A DNA stretch of 64,000 nucleotides from Toensbergia leucococca (taxonomy: Eukaryota): the NCBI GenBank assembly GCA_022813965.1, contig JALDZS010000047.1, positions 62,001 through 126,000 on the forward strand, read 5' to 3'. How positions within the stretch are numbered: position 1 is the stretch's first letter; the number at the start of each line of letters is the position of its first letter. Positions 47,601-60,548 of the stretch are shown piece by piece. The notes under the pieces were generated by a model, which saw only the letters and a list, made by a program, of their open reading frames with translations, searched no databases and had not been told where the DNA came from. The position numbers and the translations under genes were made by a program.

Positions 47601-48849
47601 CATGATTGATTGAGGTTAGGGTCAGCGGGTGTACCTGCAGCGGAAGCCAAATTGGAACAAAATTGAAATCCCATTTCAGATTATCGGAATTTGGAATCTG
47701 GATGAAGCTTTTGCATTCCAAGAGTTGAAGAATGGCATTTCAAACGGGGGTCGTCCGCGTAACAACTTAAGTATGGCAATTTGTCTTCTAAGAAAGCTCA
47801 ACTGACACATAACAGGTACAAGCTCAAGTCACTGAATCTCAATGAAGATATCAAAGGCCAGCAGATTCATTACCCCTAGTGTCCGTACAAGGCATCAGGT
47901 TTGTCAATAAGCCTTTGCTCCTACAGAATAATATGAAACAGGATGACAGCTGGCCACATATGGTCACACATCAGCCGGAGCTACCTCCAGGCGGAACAGT
48001 CTAAGGGTAGGTAAATGACTGGATGACCTAGACTGACGGAAACGAAAACGTGACGAATACTGCATACTCAATGGTCACCCAGCATCGCAATTCCGGATGC
48101 AAACGTGGAAAATCTTCATGGCAATTGGAATTGCCATCCTAAATACGCAGATTGACATGGCCAAAGATGAATCTTCCATCCCTTGGGACTTGGACATTGA
48201 GAAAAAGTATTACGTGCTGGTTGAAACCTCACGAGTAGTGCACGGGGATCTTCCACTTTTCGATGCCCAACAATAAGGGCTACTCCATGAACGGTATCTT
48301 GGAGACTTGACAACAACTAGAATCCTCAACGTGAGTTATTAATCATCGGTTTATTATGATTGACGCCTTTAGTACTCATGTACGAGGTTCGTAGCTCTCA
48401 AGTCTCGGGCTACCTTTTATTTAGGTGAGTTCCGCGTGTTGCGCATCGTTTGCGCCTCTCAAACCACCGTCGCAACAAGCTTGTCCTACGAACTGGACGC
48501 GCAGTTACAAATATGAAACAGCCTTCCATTGATTCGATGCACGTGGGCTCGGAAAAGCTTCGGAGCAGGCCAAATTTGAGTATCTGTCTGTTAAGAATGA
48601 TAGTCCTGATCCCCAAGCCTGCAACGATTAGAGTCTCTATCATTACCTACGATGAGAAGGTTTGTGTTCAGAAATCTCACGGACATGGTCGCATACGTGG
48701 TGGCAAGCTTGGATCTTGCTATGTACTCACCGGGTCGCTTTTAGTGCATCGCCCTATGTCTCCGACAGCGCTTCTAGCAAGACGGAGTACCACGTATAAG
48801 AACATGTCTGTTCCCTGATCAGATCATTACTCGATGCATGTGACTAACG

Positions 48850-49509
48850 ATGCATTTCTTTACCACCACACTCGTCCTTTATCTCCTTTATTTTGCCAAT
48901 GTCGCAATGCTATATACAAATGCTCAACCGACCTCTGCATCCTTGACTAACACATTGGTCGGCCGAAAGATTGCGGCTTGGACGAGAGAGGCCCTTCCAT
49001 TCTTGGCATCTGTCGATTCGACATCGGCCGATGTCATTCCTCGATCAATACGCTCGACTCGACATCTCCTTGCAAGAGAGCTTTCCCCGAGTATTATTGA
49101 ACGCGGTCCAGATCCGATTGAGTACGAGGTGCCAGGTCGATCAGCTCACCCAGCAGCGCTTTCTCTAAAGTCCTATACTAACACGCGCTCAGGTACCGGT
49201 GTGACACTCTTCATAAGAACTAGCTCTGCACTTGACGCTGTCGTGATCGCGTCTTGCTTGGAATACATGCAACGAGCAGGTGAACAGCTATCAGAGGAAG
49301 TTGGGTCCGAGGAACCGATTCCCCAAAACCCCTTGCTAGAGTACAGTTCAGGTGGCTATATCAAAATAACGCCCACCACGAGAACTCAGATTTCATACAG
49401 CATGCTGGTCGTGGTTTTACAAGGCTTGAAAGATAAGCTGCTGACGGGAGGAGACAACTCCGTGGCCTCGTTTGAGATCTGGGATTCCCATAGTGAGCGA
49501 TGCGATTAG
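48850..49509 (+). CDS. Secreted hypothetical protein
   Basis: Signal peptide. C-terminal ISYSMLVVVLQGLKDKL...ASFEIWD motif recalls secreted families common in lichen fungi (from memory, unverified). Confidence 0.7.
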   Translation: MHFFTTTLVLYLLYFANVAMLYTNAQPTSASLTNTLVGRKIAAWTREALPFLASVDSTSADVIPRSIRSTRHLLARELSPSIIERGPDPIEYEVPGRSAHPAALSLKSYTNTRSGTGVTLFIRTSSALDAVVIASCLEYMQRAGEQLSEEVGSEEPIPQNPLLEYSSGGYIKITPTTRTQISYSMLVVVLQGLKDKLLTGGDNSVASFEIWDSHSERCD

Positions 49510-50525
49510 CTTTCCACATCCATTGAGACAGATGCTGATGATTGATTTAGAAAAACATGTGGCGGATGGAGTATTAGAACGCATTGGAGGCTAATGGTTG
49601 CGATTCGAGAAGGATGAGCTTTTAAAGAGTATCGGGGATTCTTTCTGTTGTACGGAGATTTATACTGTCTTACAGAGTAACGGCTAGAGCTCATCAGCTC
49701 AAGCGAGGCTTGCTACAAAGATGTGAGTAATAGAGTAGAGACAAGCGCAGAGAGGCATGATCGCCGCGTAAGTCTCTAAATCGATTCCCGTCTTGATTTA
49801 TATTGCAGTATTTCAATCGTATTTCAGCCATCCCTCATCCGCCCTATTGGCCTTCCCCTGCATTCAAGACTTTCGAGCATTGACTTTTCTCCTCCATATC
49901 CAGCCTTCATCTTCTTCAAAGCCTTGCACATCTTCAAACTTTCAATGCAAACAAGATGCCGAGAGGTCCTTTCAGCCCCCTTATTTTTCTGTGTGGAAGA
50001 TACACCCGGATCCGCATCCCTAGCGTCGTGATGCACATCTGATGTTCACGTCTTGCTTCAATTTACCTGGTACCACTATACCATACTTTTCTTCATCGTA
50101 TCCTCATCGCAGATACCAAGCGGCCCAACGTTTTCACCGGTCCAAGGATCAGGTGATTTCCGGGTGTCCAGCACCAACGCTTTAGAGATAGCGTTGTGTG
50201 ACATGCCAAATCATCATGCAGACCACACACCTCACACAGAGCGGGGTCAAGTCCCTCTCGACAGCCCCAATTCTTTCTTATATCTCCGCCAGAATCACTC
50301 ACGCGAGACCCTGGTGTCCTATTTCATTTCACCGCGTAAAGCAGTATCACTTCCTTTGTCCTTACCACAAACCCACAGATTGAACTTCAAAAACATCACT
50401 GTATACTCTTTCTCGTCAAATTTATCCTCTCGGTCTCAACACATCATCCTCTCGCCGCCCGCGCCTCCCCCCAACTCAGAACCCCCACCATCCAACCCAC
50501 CCCATCAACCAACCCCACACAAAAA

Positions 50526-50783
50526 ATGATCCCTACAACCCTCCTCGCAATCCTCACCCTCCCCCTCCTCCTCCTCCCCACAGCCGTCACAGCCGGCCCC
50601 CTTGCCTACGCCACCTGCCAAGCCGGCTGCTCCGCCGTCGTAATGGCCTGCTACGCCGCGGGCGGGGCAACCTGGGGCGCGACCCTAGGCGCGACGGCTC
50701 CGGCGACGATCGTGGGGTGTAATTCTGCGTTTGGGCTGTGTCAGGCTGGTTGCGCTGCTGCGCTTTTGTTGCCGATGCCTTGA
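50526..50783 (+). CDS. Small secreted Cys/Ala/Gly-rich protein (zygote-specific class V-like family)
   Basis: Signal peptide followed by GPLAYATCQAGCSAVVMACYAAGGATWGATLG...GCNSAFGLCQAGCAAALLLPMP, matching a widespread six-Cys family. Confidence 0.85.
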   Translation: MIPTTLLAILTLPLLLLPTAVTAGPLAYATCQAGCSAVVMACYAAGGATWGATLGATAPATIVGCNSAFGLCQAGCAAALLLPMP

Positions 50784-51399
50784 GGGGGTTACGAACGGGG
50801 ATTGTGGGTAAGAGAATCAGGGGGATGGGATGGATGTGTTGCTGTTTTTTTTTTTTTTTTGGGGGCTGTGGGGCTTGTTGGTTGTGGAGAGATGAGGGTG
50901 GAGGCTAGGGTAGGAGGGATGGATGCTTTGGATAAGTTCGAGGGCCTGGATGGATTGAGGTTGCGCTTGTTGATGAAGATGACGTTTTGACGCTGGATCG
51001 GTGTGGGAATGTTTTCTGTCACTCATTTAATGCTGATTCTGGTCCTCTGACAGCGGCTTTCATGTCCGGTCTTGCCTTTGTTATCTCCCCTTTTTTTTTT
51101 TGGATTCGGTCACTGCGATTGAAACCCATCGTTTTGGGCACTCAGATTCTGAGATCCTTTTCTCCATCGCGGATCTTGATGGATAGACGGACGCTTTTGG
51201 TCGTTGACGCTATTTTGATGGGCTGTTGAGATCCGGAATTGATGAATCGTGATTTTTAAGATGCTGGATACATTCATAAATTCAATTGATGCGTCTTATG
51301 CCTCACTTGTAGATCACAGCCTCCCTACAACAATAATGAACAAAGCCTCACCTATCAGCTCTTGATTGCGCCTCTGCTGACTCCGCTCCCCAAAGTTTC

Positions 51400-52751
51400 T
51401 CAAATCAACAAACCTCCTGCTTCATCTCCCTCCACCCATCCTCCTTGACCATAACATCTCCCGCTTACCGTAACATCAGTCCTAACCGTAATACCCCCAT
51501 CCCGTCCCCGATCACCCTCCTCCGAGCGACCACTCCGCCCAAGGGGAGCTGCTCCTACATCAACTACGTCACCATGTGGAACTCCTTTGCTTGCCCCGCT
51601 GCTGCCGGTACTGGTGGAGTCACGGATGCTTTTGGGAACCGCGCGAGGTTTGAAACGTGAAAGGAAAGGTGGGAGGAGGGGAGGTTGGAAGAGGGGACCG
51701 AAGGTTGGGAGACAGGCGCAGATGATGGCGATGGCGGGTTCGAGGGTGCTGTATGTGTAGGGGACTAGGAGTGTGTCTGTTCGGCGAGCAGTGCATTAGA
51801 TGCTGTGGAAAGGGGTGATATGCAGGAGGGGGACGACGTACAGCTGATGTCTTTTGCCTTGATAGTACTGATGCTGATGATGCGGCCTAGACTCGCCACG
51901 CAGACTCTGTGATTGGGAGGTCAGATTTGTTCATCTCGATTATCTTTTTCTTGTGACGGTAGGGCACGCTGTAGCCAGGCAAAGAAAACTCACAGACTGC
52001 CCAGCATAAAAATCGCAGAAACCAACACCTTCTTCCTCACCGGCAGCATGAGCCTCCACACCATGCCCAACGGCAAGCACAGCACCAGAATATCCACCAG
52101 TAGATTGGATATTCCGATTCCATAATATAGACTGTTGAATTTCAGGCATTTGCGTTTGATCGATGCATCCCATGCGCCAGCTGTGGGCCTGCATTGGAAG
52201 ATTGTGACCAGGGTTTCCGCAATAAACCAGGCCGAACAGATGCCGCCGACGATATATGTCGCGATGTGGAATGAACGGAGGGGAAAGATGCGGTGGTAGA
52301 AGAGGAGGATGGAGGTTCGGGCGAGGGTGATGGCAAGGGAGTAGGTGAGTAGGGTAGGGAAGAAGAGCTTGTAGGCCGCAGTCAGCTCATATCCCTTCGC
52401 AGATCGAGTATAAGATGAAGCGTGCGAGTATACCTTGGTCAAATCCAACACTTGCTGCCGAGTCTCGACGTTGAGATGGCTCCCTAGTCCTGCATTCTTG
52501 CATACTGTTCTGATTAGGTAATAAAATTGGCCTATGGATTATGATGATAACACACGAAGAATCCCAACAACCACCATAACATACAGAGGCGGCACACTCG
52601 CCAGGATAACCCAGTCGTCAGCTCCGAAATTCATTCTACTTTTTGACCGCGCAAGGAGCCGGAGAAGCACGGCGAGGGTGACGATGAAAGCTAGAGCGAT
52701 GCCTGCGCGGATGGAGGCCTGGCCTCGGGGGTTGTCTTCCATGTTCATCAT
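51400..52751 (-). CDS. PTH11-like (fungal rhodopsin-domain) integral membrane protein, multi-exon
   Basis: AVLLRLLAR...FGADDW, GLGSH, ARTSILLFYHRIF, FQCRP..GAWD, DILVLCLPL..VW.L.LP..KK, LEPAIAIICACLP. Confidence 0.9.
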
Positions 52752-54732
52752 AGCTTGATAGTGACAGCAGCACGATGCTTGGATCTAGTGTTGACATTGA
52801 AGAGATGGGAAGATTGGTAGAAAGTGGAAGTGGCGGGCGGGAACAAAGAATCGAGGAATGCTGTTCGCAGCAAGGGGTTGTTGCTGTCATTGGTGGACTT
52901 CCTTCATCTCGCGTGGCAATGTCATCTTTCGAAGCAACGTCTCCGCTTGCCATCCTTAAAACCTCGCACCAAGTAATTCCATGTGTCACTCCTCAACGCG
53001 TCTATGTGAAGTAGTATGAAATTTGCCAGTGTCAACCGCTACCCCTTGATGAGAACCTCCTCCAGCATATGTGGAACTGGTATGAGGCTAGGGGCCAAAA
53101 AAGGGCAATCGATCAAACTTAAAGGATGATGTGATTTGAGAAAGACAATGTGAAAAGGGAGTCAAATAGTAGGCGGGACGTATCATAGATTTATATACGG
53201 GAGAGAGGTGCAGTCTAAAGTATTCTAATTTGCTGACGATTGATTTGTTTCTCGTCGCGCACAATTTGGTTGATGGGAATGGCATACAGAAGAGATGATA
53301 CAAGGGACAAGTGGAGTCGTATAAAAAGTAACGCGGAATACGAGGCTTAAAGACTCGTTATATTACTCGATTTGTTGTAGAACGATTGAGTTCTTTCTGA
53401 CCATTGGCGAATACTTAATCTTAAAATTGACCTCACCAAGAAAGCAACGTTACAACATGCTCCGGAAAATCCAAGATTCATAATAGTAAAAAGTACCGAG
53501 CAATCGTCATAATCAAAAGGATAGCCACATACCTCATGCAACACACATAGCCAATCTCTCGCCAAGTCTCCAGCACAGTCTCCACTGACTCTCTTCCTCC
53601 AACTTCAAGTCGTCACTTTGCATCGTCAAGCACTCCTTGACCACACCCTCATAGATCCCCCCTTGCACCCAAAATTAGGCACTAACCTAATTAGTACAAA
53701 TGATCTGTATTCGTTCTCATCTCTCTATTGGTTACTAAGGTACTGGCCGAGACTTTGCCAGAGACCTGTTCAGAGAAGAATGAGGCTGAAAAAATAAATA
53801 TCGTAGGTGTGGCGGTAGCGGAGAGGAGGATTGCTAAGTTTGTCGGGGTGCTTGTATATGTTTAATTTGAGGCGCGAAGGAGGGCGTTCGTCCCGTCTTG
53901 GGCGTGAGCAATCAAATCTTATGGGAGATATTCCCTGTCTTTTAGTTCTTTGTTCTGCGTTACCAACATCCTTCAGTCTAGAAAAGCCGTAACCCATGAT
54001 GTAAGGGCGCCCGACGTCCTTTACATAGCTTTCGAGGCTCCATCTGCCGGGAGGCCGAGCAGGAAAAAAAAGAACATCTCCAGTTGTACCGAAAGATGTG
54101 AATAAAAGCTTCCTCCCTCCTTTCCTCTAGTATTTCTCCTCCATTATTGTGGGTCCCGAGTAGACATTGAAGAGTACTTGGCAAGGCATGCTGTGATGTT
54201 CTCTGAGCCTTACGGGCAGGTGCCGGAATTAGAGATCGTGGAGATCTTCTCCATGGTCGTGGCCGAGGTAGATATATTGAACAGAAGGAATCAGTTATCG
54301 TTCCGACGATACTTCCAAAGCGACCACAAGTTGGGTAAGGATTAATTGAGATACTGCCTGTACGGATTGTATGGGCCGTCGTTGAGCTCCATTCGGTTGC
54401 ATCTCGACCTACTCGACCAAATGATGTCGCATGGTAGAGAATGATGATGATGGAGAAGATAAAACATGGTCAAACCTATGTAAGGCTCATACATGCCTAG
54501 AAGCCGATGCGCGAGCGTTTGGCTATGACAATTCTCCCACGAGCACAAATATATCGCCTCCGGGCCACCAGAGTCGTAGGGATCTCCTTATTACTTCGTG
54601 ATGCGTGACGCATCACGAACATTCAGGTGACGGCACCGAAAGCGTGAAGTATTCCAGCCTTGGGCGGGCTATACCAGGCCTATAGGTCTATCACATCCGC
54701 TGACTTAGCTGGACGCCTCCGTATGAAAATTA

Positions 54733-56554
54733 CTATTCAAGAGTAATGTCCTCTTCTCGAGACACCACTTCTTCTGGAGATATCTGTAATTTCTGGACAT
54801 AACATCCCCCTACAATAGTAAACAAAGTTTTGGTATCGCCCTTACCGATGATTCCTCGTAACATAATTGGGACCGATAGTCCATAAAAGAGGTAGATAGG
54901 ATCCCCAATCCGAGCTCCCGTTGGAACCATACCGAGGCCACCAGAAGAAATTTCAGCAAGTCTCATGAAGGCTGATTTTAGAAGCATAGTCTCCTGAAAC
55001 CGGCCCGCCTCTGCAACTTTTTCCGGCAAATTGGTGATTAATTCGAGAGCGTTTTCTATAGGTAACCCTAACCCTAACCGGGAGATGGTCTTCCAAGACT
55101 CAAAACCGGCGTGGAACACATCGCCGGTGCGAAAGAACTCCGATTGAATCAGAGTCTCCCATAGCATGTCTGTTGGTATTTGACCTAATGCCATGAGAGA
55201 GTCTTCCAGCCACGTTGAAATCTCTTTGTTCTGCCCCGCCCAATCATCTGCTTGACGCGGAGCTGGGGTATAAATGGGCCCAACGCCTCGGATAGCTCCA
55301 CCTTGATCGCACGTACTATCATTTTGTTGTTCTGGAAGCTGACTGACATCTGCGGAAGTTTGAGACGCCTCAAGGTGCTATCATTCATCATCCCAACCGG
55401 GGTTCGTCGTAGAGGCGCGGTGAAGTCCGGAACCCAGGATGGAAGGTCAGCTATTTGGCGAGTCTGATCTATGCCTGCACGACATAGGATTCTGAGCGAG
55501 CAGTTGGTTAGAATTGTCGACTTTGTCACATTTACAAAAACATCGACCGTAGATTTGCCGTATTCGGCTTTGAGGGGGTGTTCATGAAGATCTCCAAGGA
55601 TGCCAAGAATTCCATACACCTTGTCCCTAGGATCGGATCGCCTGCTTCCCAGAAAGTTGGCTCGTAAAGATAGTCCTCCAATTTGAGAGGTCGCTGTTCG
55701 ATATGCAGATTGTATCGTGTCTCATGCATCTGTGAGAGATTTTGGAGGCCTGATCTCGTCTGACCGACCGTTTTTCCAGATAAAGAAGGTGCTTTCGGAT
55801 CGTCCCCAATATGTAGATTTATGTGGGCCTGGCAATGCATCATCATCCAGTGAATGGCTGGGGCGAAGTTCTGAAAATCCATCGAATCATGACCACAAGA
55901 TATCCAGATGCGCTTGGCTACGACAACTTCTTGCAGTACCCAGATTCTACGAAACCAAGGGCGCTTCAGCAACGCACGCAAGGCTCTCCACTCCGGTGAC
56001 TTCATGTTCGTCTCGGCCCATTCCCGGAGATCACGGGCAGACAGTCCCCAGTTTCCAACAGGATATGGTGGGACCGGCTGACCAAGTCCCTGCGTACAAG
56101 CTTCGTAACAAGTATTGAGTCGGTCCATGAAACGAAAAGCGAGAGGGGTGTCGGGAGATGCATTGCCCAGCCAAGCAACAACGTGGGTTACCGAAGCATA
56201 TATATCCTTCATCATGCCTACTTGGACATTTTTCTCTTCATTGTCAATTTGATTGATGCAGATGGCATCAAGCCAGACTCGGCGCATTTGGTTCTCATAG
56301 CGCATATCTTGCAGCACAGCGTGGGCGTTTTTCGTAACAGGGAAATCCTGGCTATTGATGAAGACATGGTGATCTCTGACTGATTTGCCCCAGGTGTACG
56401 AGATCGCTTCATAGAGTTGATGCTTTACAACAGCTGCCAAAGAGACGTGGAGACATGTGCAGTGGATGGGATCATTGTCCTTACCGGGTAGGATTACTAG
56501 AAGGCGTATGTCACGTTGGTCTGTCAGTCGCTCATGTCGGTAGGTTGCCTCCAT
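54733..56554 (-). pseudogene. HET-domain (HET-6-like) heterokaryon incompatibility gene with two frameshifts
   Basis: YEAISYTWG, WLDAICINQ, QVGMMKDIY, RPWFRRIWVLQE, DPRDKVYGILG, LPSWVPD, GLGMVP...GD...VGGCYV are spread over three different frames. Confidence 0.85.
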
Positions 56555-57239
56555 CAAGCCTGAAGTATGTTTACCTACCTAGGTACTCCGTAGTCTATCC
56601 TTGAAATGCAAAACGCTACCATGACCACCACTTCAGGATGTCTAAGCCCCTTTAGATAAGCCTTTGCACTAAGCCATTAGTGGGCTAGTTGCTTCCGCTT
56701 ACTACGTCAGGTAAGTGCGCTTTCAGTGACAGCGGAGGTTTGATTGAGTGCATGCGGCTGTTTTATTTTCTATTTCACGCTAAGGTATTTCTGACTCACT
56801 CTTCAAAGTTGCATCACTAATTTGTAAAATTACTGATAACTGTCTTTATGACAATGTGTATGTACGTCTTTGAAATGATTCATTTTAAGTGTTTGCGAAT
56901 GATAGAATAAAGAGGTGAGTATGAATTAATAGATGTCACAAACGCAGTATGAAAAACCCAGGGTGGGGTAACAATTTCAAATGCCAAGCACGCTAAAGGC
57001 CTAGCACAAACCGAAGCTTGTTCTCAATCCACGTAAGCCACGGTGAGAAAAGGCTGTGCTCTAGACTTGAAGCACAAACAGCCCGTTGAGGTTTCTATGT
57101 GTTTGTCTCATCATCTCTATGTACTAAGTTCCTCTTACCTTTGCCCTTGCAAGTTTATAATCCAAAATCGAATGAATCAAAACTGGTGAGATTACACGAT
57201 TTGCTGTACTTGACAAGCCTAGACCTGCCCGTGAGCACC

Positions 57240-60200
57240 ATGTATCGCTTGAAGAGCAAGATGCGCAGTTTGCGCGCGGACAAGAACGTGGGGCCGAAAT
57301 GGGCGAAAGTAATGGCCTGATTATGAGTTATGGAGATGCGTCGCTGACTATAGCTGACTCCCTACCAGGCACCGGCAAAGGACGCTGCGACGAAAGCTGG
57401 AGGTGAATCGACGACGCGAAATGAACTCCCTCAGTATACTTTATCTCTTCCGGATGATGACTTTGCGCATGGCTGGACTCTTCCGATCCATATTCCGCCA
57501 CAGTTACATGAGCCTCAATCATCGCCCCCCGCAAGCTACGATACACAGGACGTTCCGCTGGCTGCCGGATCTATAGGTCACACCCTAGGGGCTCCTTCCT
57601 TGTCGCTTACCGAAGAAAATCTTGCAGCTCTGCAAGCCGAATACGGGAGTCCAGATACCATGGTTCTCCCTGAGTGGAAGCCCCCTAGTGAAAAGGTGCC
57701 TCCTTCAAGCGAGGGAAACCCATACGTGACGAGTCCATCTACCAAAGAACATCATGCCGAAGGTATCGAGTCTCTCAGAAGCTCAGATATCTCTATTGGG
57801 TACTCGTCGCTATCTTTGGCTATAAGCTCTCTCGGTAGCATAGATCTAGTTTCTGCAGCCAAGGCCGAGCAGCCTAGCGAGGATCTAAATCCAAGTCTAC
57901 TTATGAAGGATACCGGCACGTTTGATTATTCGAACCTTCGCTCATGGCCCCTTATCGCGGGTCCGGGAGAAATGTTGCTTGATATCACACCGGCCATGAA
58001 GTCGCAGGATAAGTCGCAGACTCGGAAAATACTCACGCATGAAGAAAGGCAACGCCTGTGCCAGTATCATACGGAACACCCCAGTGTTAAGCAGACAGAA
58101 ATTGGAGGTCAGACTCACTCCCGTCTGATTCCTGCATAAATGCTGACCGACTCATAGCAATGTTTGGTGTTGAAAGAAGGTAACAGCTGAGAAATGCGCA
58201 GCTAATACAGAGTAGCTAAATTTGGCTCTAGCACCGTCTCCAGGATTTTGAGACAGAAAGAGAAATACCTACCTACAAACCCATCTGTAAACGCAACACA
58301 ACGAAATGATCCATTTACTTTCAGGGGCCCATTATTGCGACCCCAAAGAGGCGATAGTGGTGTGTCCATCCCGGCCGCAGCTCCCGACCCCCCTGATTGC
58401 TTCCCGCCTCTCGCCCGGGCGTTCAGTCGGCCAGCTTCGGTCGGATCCGTTGTCTCAAGCGTTGAGTCAATCCGTTCAGGGGTCATCAGCTATGTTGGCT
58501 CTTTCTTCCCCAGCCCGGCCGCTGAGCTCAAAGCGGATGAATGGGCTCCTAGTCCAACAGAGGATTCTACAATCGAGACACAAAAATCAAGACCTCATCG
58601 CAGGAGAATATCTCATAACATGGTTGAGCGCAGACGACGGGATATTATCAATCAAAACATCCAAGAGCTCTCGAAGCTTGTTCCTTTCCACCGCCTAATG
58701 GATTCTCAACGACGCAGAGGTATTGACGTGACGACGGATGAAGCGAAAGATCCTACCAAGGCGGATATTTTGAGTGGGGCTGTTACGTGGATCCAGGATC
58801 TCATGTGGCTTTTACGGATCAAGAGCCAGCAGCAGGAAGAGTTGACGACCTTGATCACAGACCTGGGAGGAACGTACCCATTCTTACATACAACATCAGA
58901 GGCATGTATGTTTTACGAATTCTCACAAGCCATGGGTCAGAATGAAGCAAACGTGTTCGAGTATTCGCGGCCGCCAGGGTCTGGTCTCTATGTTCCACAG
59001 GTTGCAATTCCTGAAGCACCTCTAACTCCTTCTGACAAGCTCATTTCCTCTATGGAGAGCTCTCGGAAGCAAAAGATCGAGGCTTTTCCAGAACACGAGG
59101 CGAGATGCAACGACAAGGGCGCGTCAATTATATCTCCTCGGTACGAGCTCGACGTCAAGGGTGGCCCTGCGCTAGCTGAGCAAGATACCCGCAAGTTGTT
59201 CATCACTTCACTAGTACCCAAGATAGCTGCAATAGCTCATGAAAATGGTGACGAACATGAGACCCGGACTGGGCTTTCTACAAGGCCATATCTGTTTCCA
59301 CGGATGGACGTCCCTGGCAACTGGTTTGTGATTGCTGGTATGACGGATTTCTTTGGCATTTGCCTGCACTGGCAAGTCCAAACCCTCAATCTGCAGGAGC
59401 AGGTGATATGTACCAGCTTAAGTTTGCGCTCGGAATCCACTCTGAAGCGGTTCTTGCAAGGAACACAGCGCTTCTGGGAGCTAATCTTAATGAATCTCCT
59501 CCGTCTTCGTGAAAAACCTATACCCTTTGAACAGAAGCGGATCAGATGGCGATGTGTGAGTTTCTGGTGTCTGTATTGACGAAAGATGTATGCACTAACG
59601 TCTAGACAGCGCTGTGGGCACACTCTATACGATGACTTTACAGAATTGAAGCCAGGCGCACTAGCTAATCTACAGACCCGGCTGAATCACATGTATGCAG
59701 ACAACAGCAACGGAAGCGGAGGTGCATCAAATTCCCGCCTCGTCGCCAGCATCTTTGGATATCTTCAATCCTTTTTCAGCGGTGAGCAGAAAAGTACACA
59801 AAACCAGAACTTCAAATTACCGCATTTCACCGTCCAGAATGCCCCCAGCGGCTCCAACCAATCAGCCCCAAACACCCCAAAAGCCATCTCCGATCTCCAT
59901 CTCTGCATCGAACACGGTCGCTACGCCAACAAATTCCACCGCCTTGACGTCAGCGCCATCCAGTCCGACAAAGAACTCTTCCTCAAACTGAAAGCCAATC
60001 GCAACGCCCTCCACGGCCGCTGGCGCAACTTCTACTCGCTGCGGACCCTGCAGACCATCAAGTTCGTGCAGTTCGTGCTCCACAAGCTCGACCTCGTTGA
60101 CGTCCGCCCCGCCTCCGCTGCGCCGCCCATTCCCCCGCATGACAAGCTTGCTGAGTACAAGTACGCCTATAACCCCATCCCGCCGGAGCACGTGCCACCC

Positions 60201-60548
60201 ATCGGCGAGAACCACCTCATGCACCTGTACCACCACCCGGAGTGCGCGCACGACGCACGAGCGCTACTGCTGTCGCTGTTCCCGAAGAAGGTTCTCGAGC
60301 GGCTTGTTGTATGCCCGCAGCGCGGTATGAGCACAGGCTGGGGCGTGCACTTTGTCGAGGGCTGGAACTGGGACCGCATCTGGGTAGTCAGCTTATTGCT
60401 ATTTGGGCTAGGGAGCCTGGCGTTTGCGCTGGCGTGGTGGGCGCTCGAGCATGATGTGCAGGGCGCTTTTGGCGTGGCCACGTACGTGACGAGTTTTTTG
60501 GCGCTGGGGGTGGGGATGGCGCAGGTCAAGATGCAGCCAGGGCGATGA
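57240..60548 (+). CDS. Multidomain protein: CENP-B/Abp1-type N-terminal HTH, bHLH, and C-terminal CxCG/two-TM domain (5 exons)
   Basis: Introns 57309-57368, 58108-58157, 58180-58231 and 59556-59609 give one open frame. Motifs: LTHEERQRLCQYHTEHPSVKQTEIGAMFGVERSTVSRILRQKEKYL; RRRISHNMVERRRRDIINQNIQELSKLVP...KADILSGAVTWI; RIRWRCRCGHTLYDDF...GWGVHFVEGWNW plus two hydrophobic helices. Confidence 0.75.

Noticed and set aside
55063..55079. (CCCTAA)n-like tract
   Set aside because: Lies in the HET reading frame (RLGLGLP) and is too short to call telomeric.
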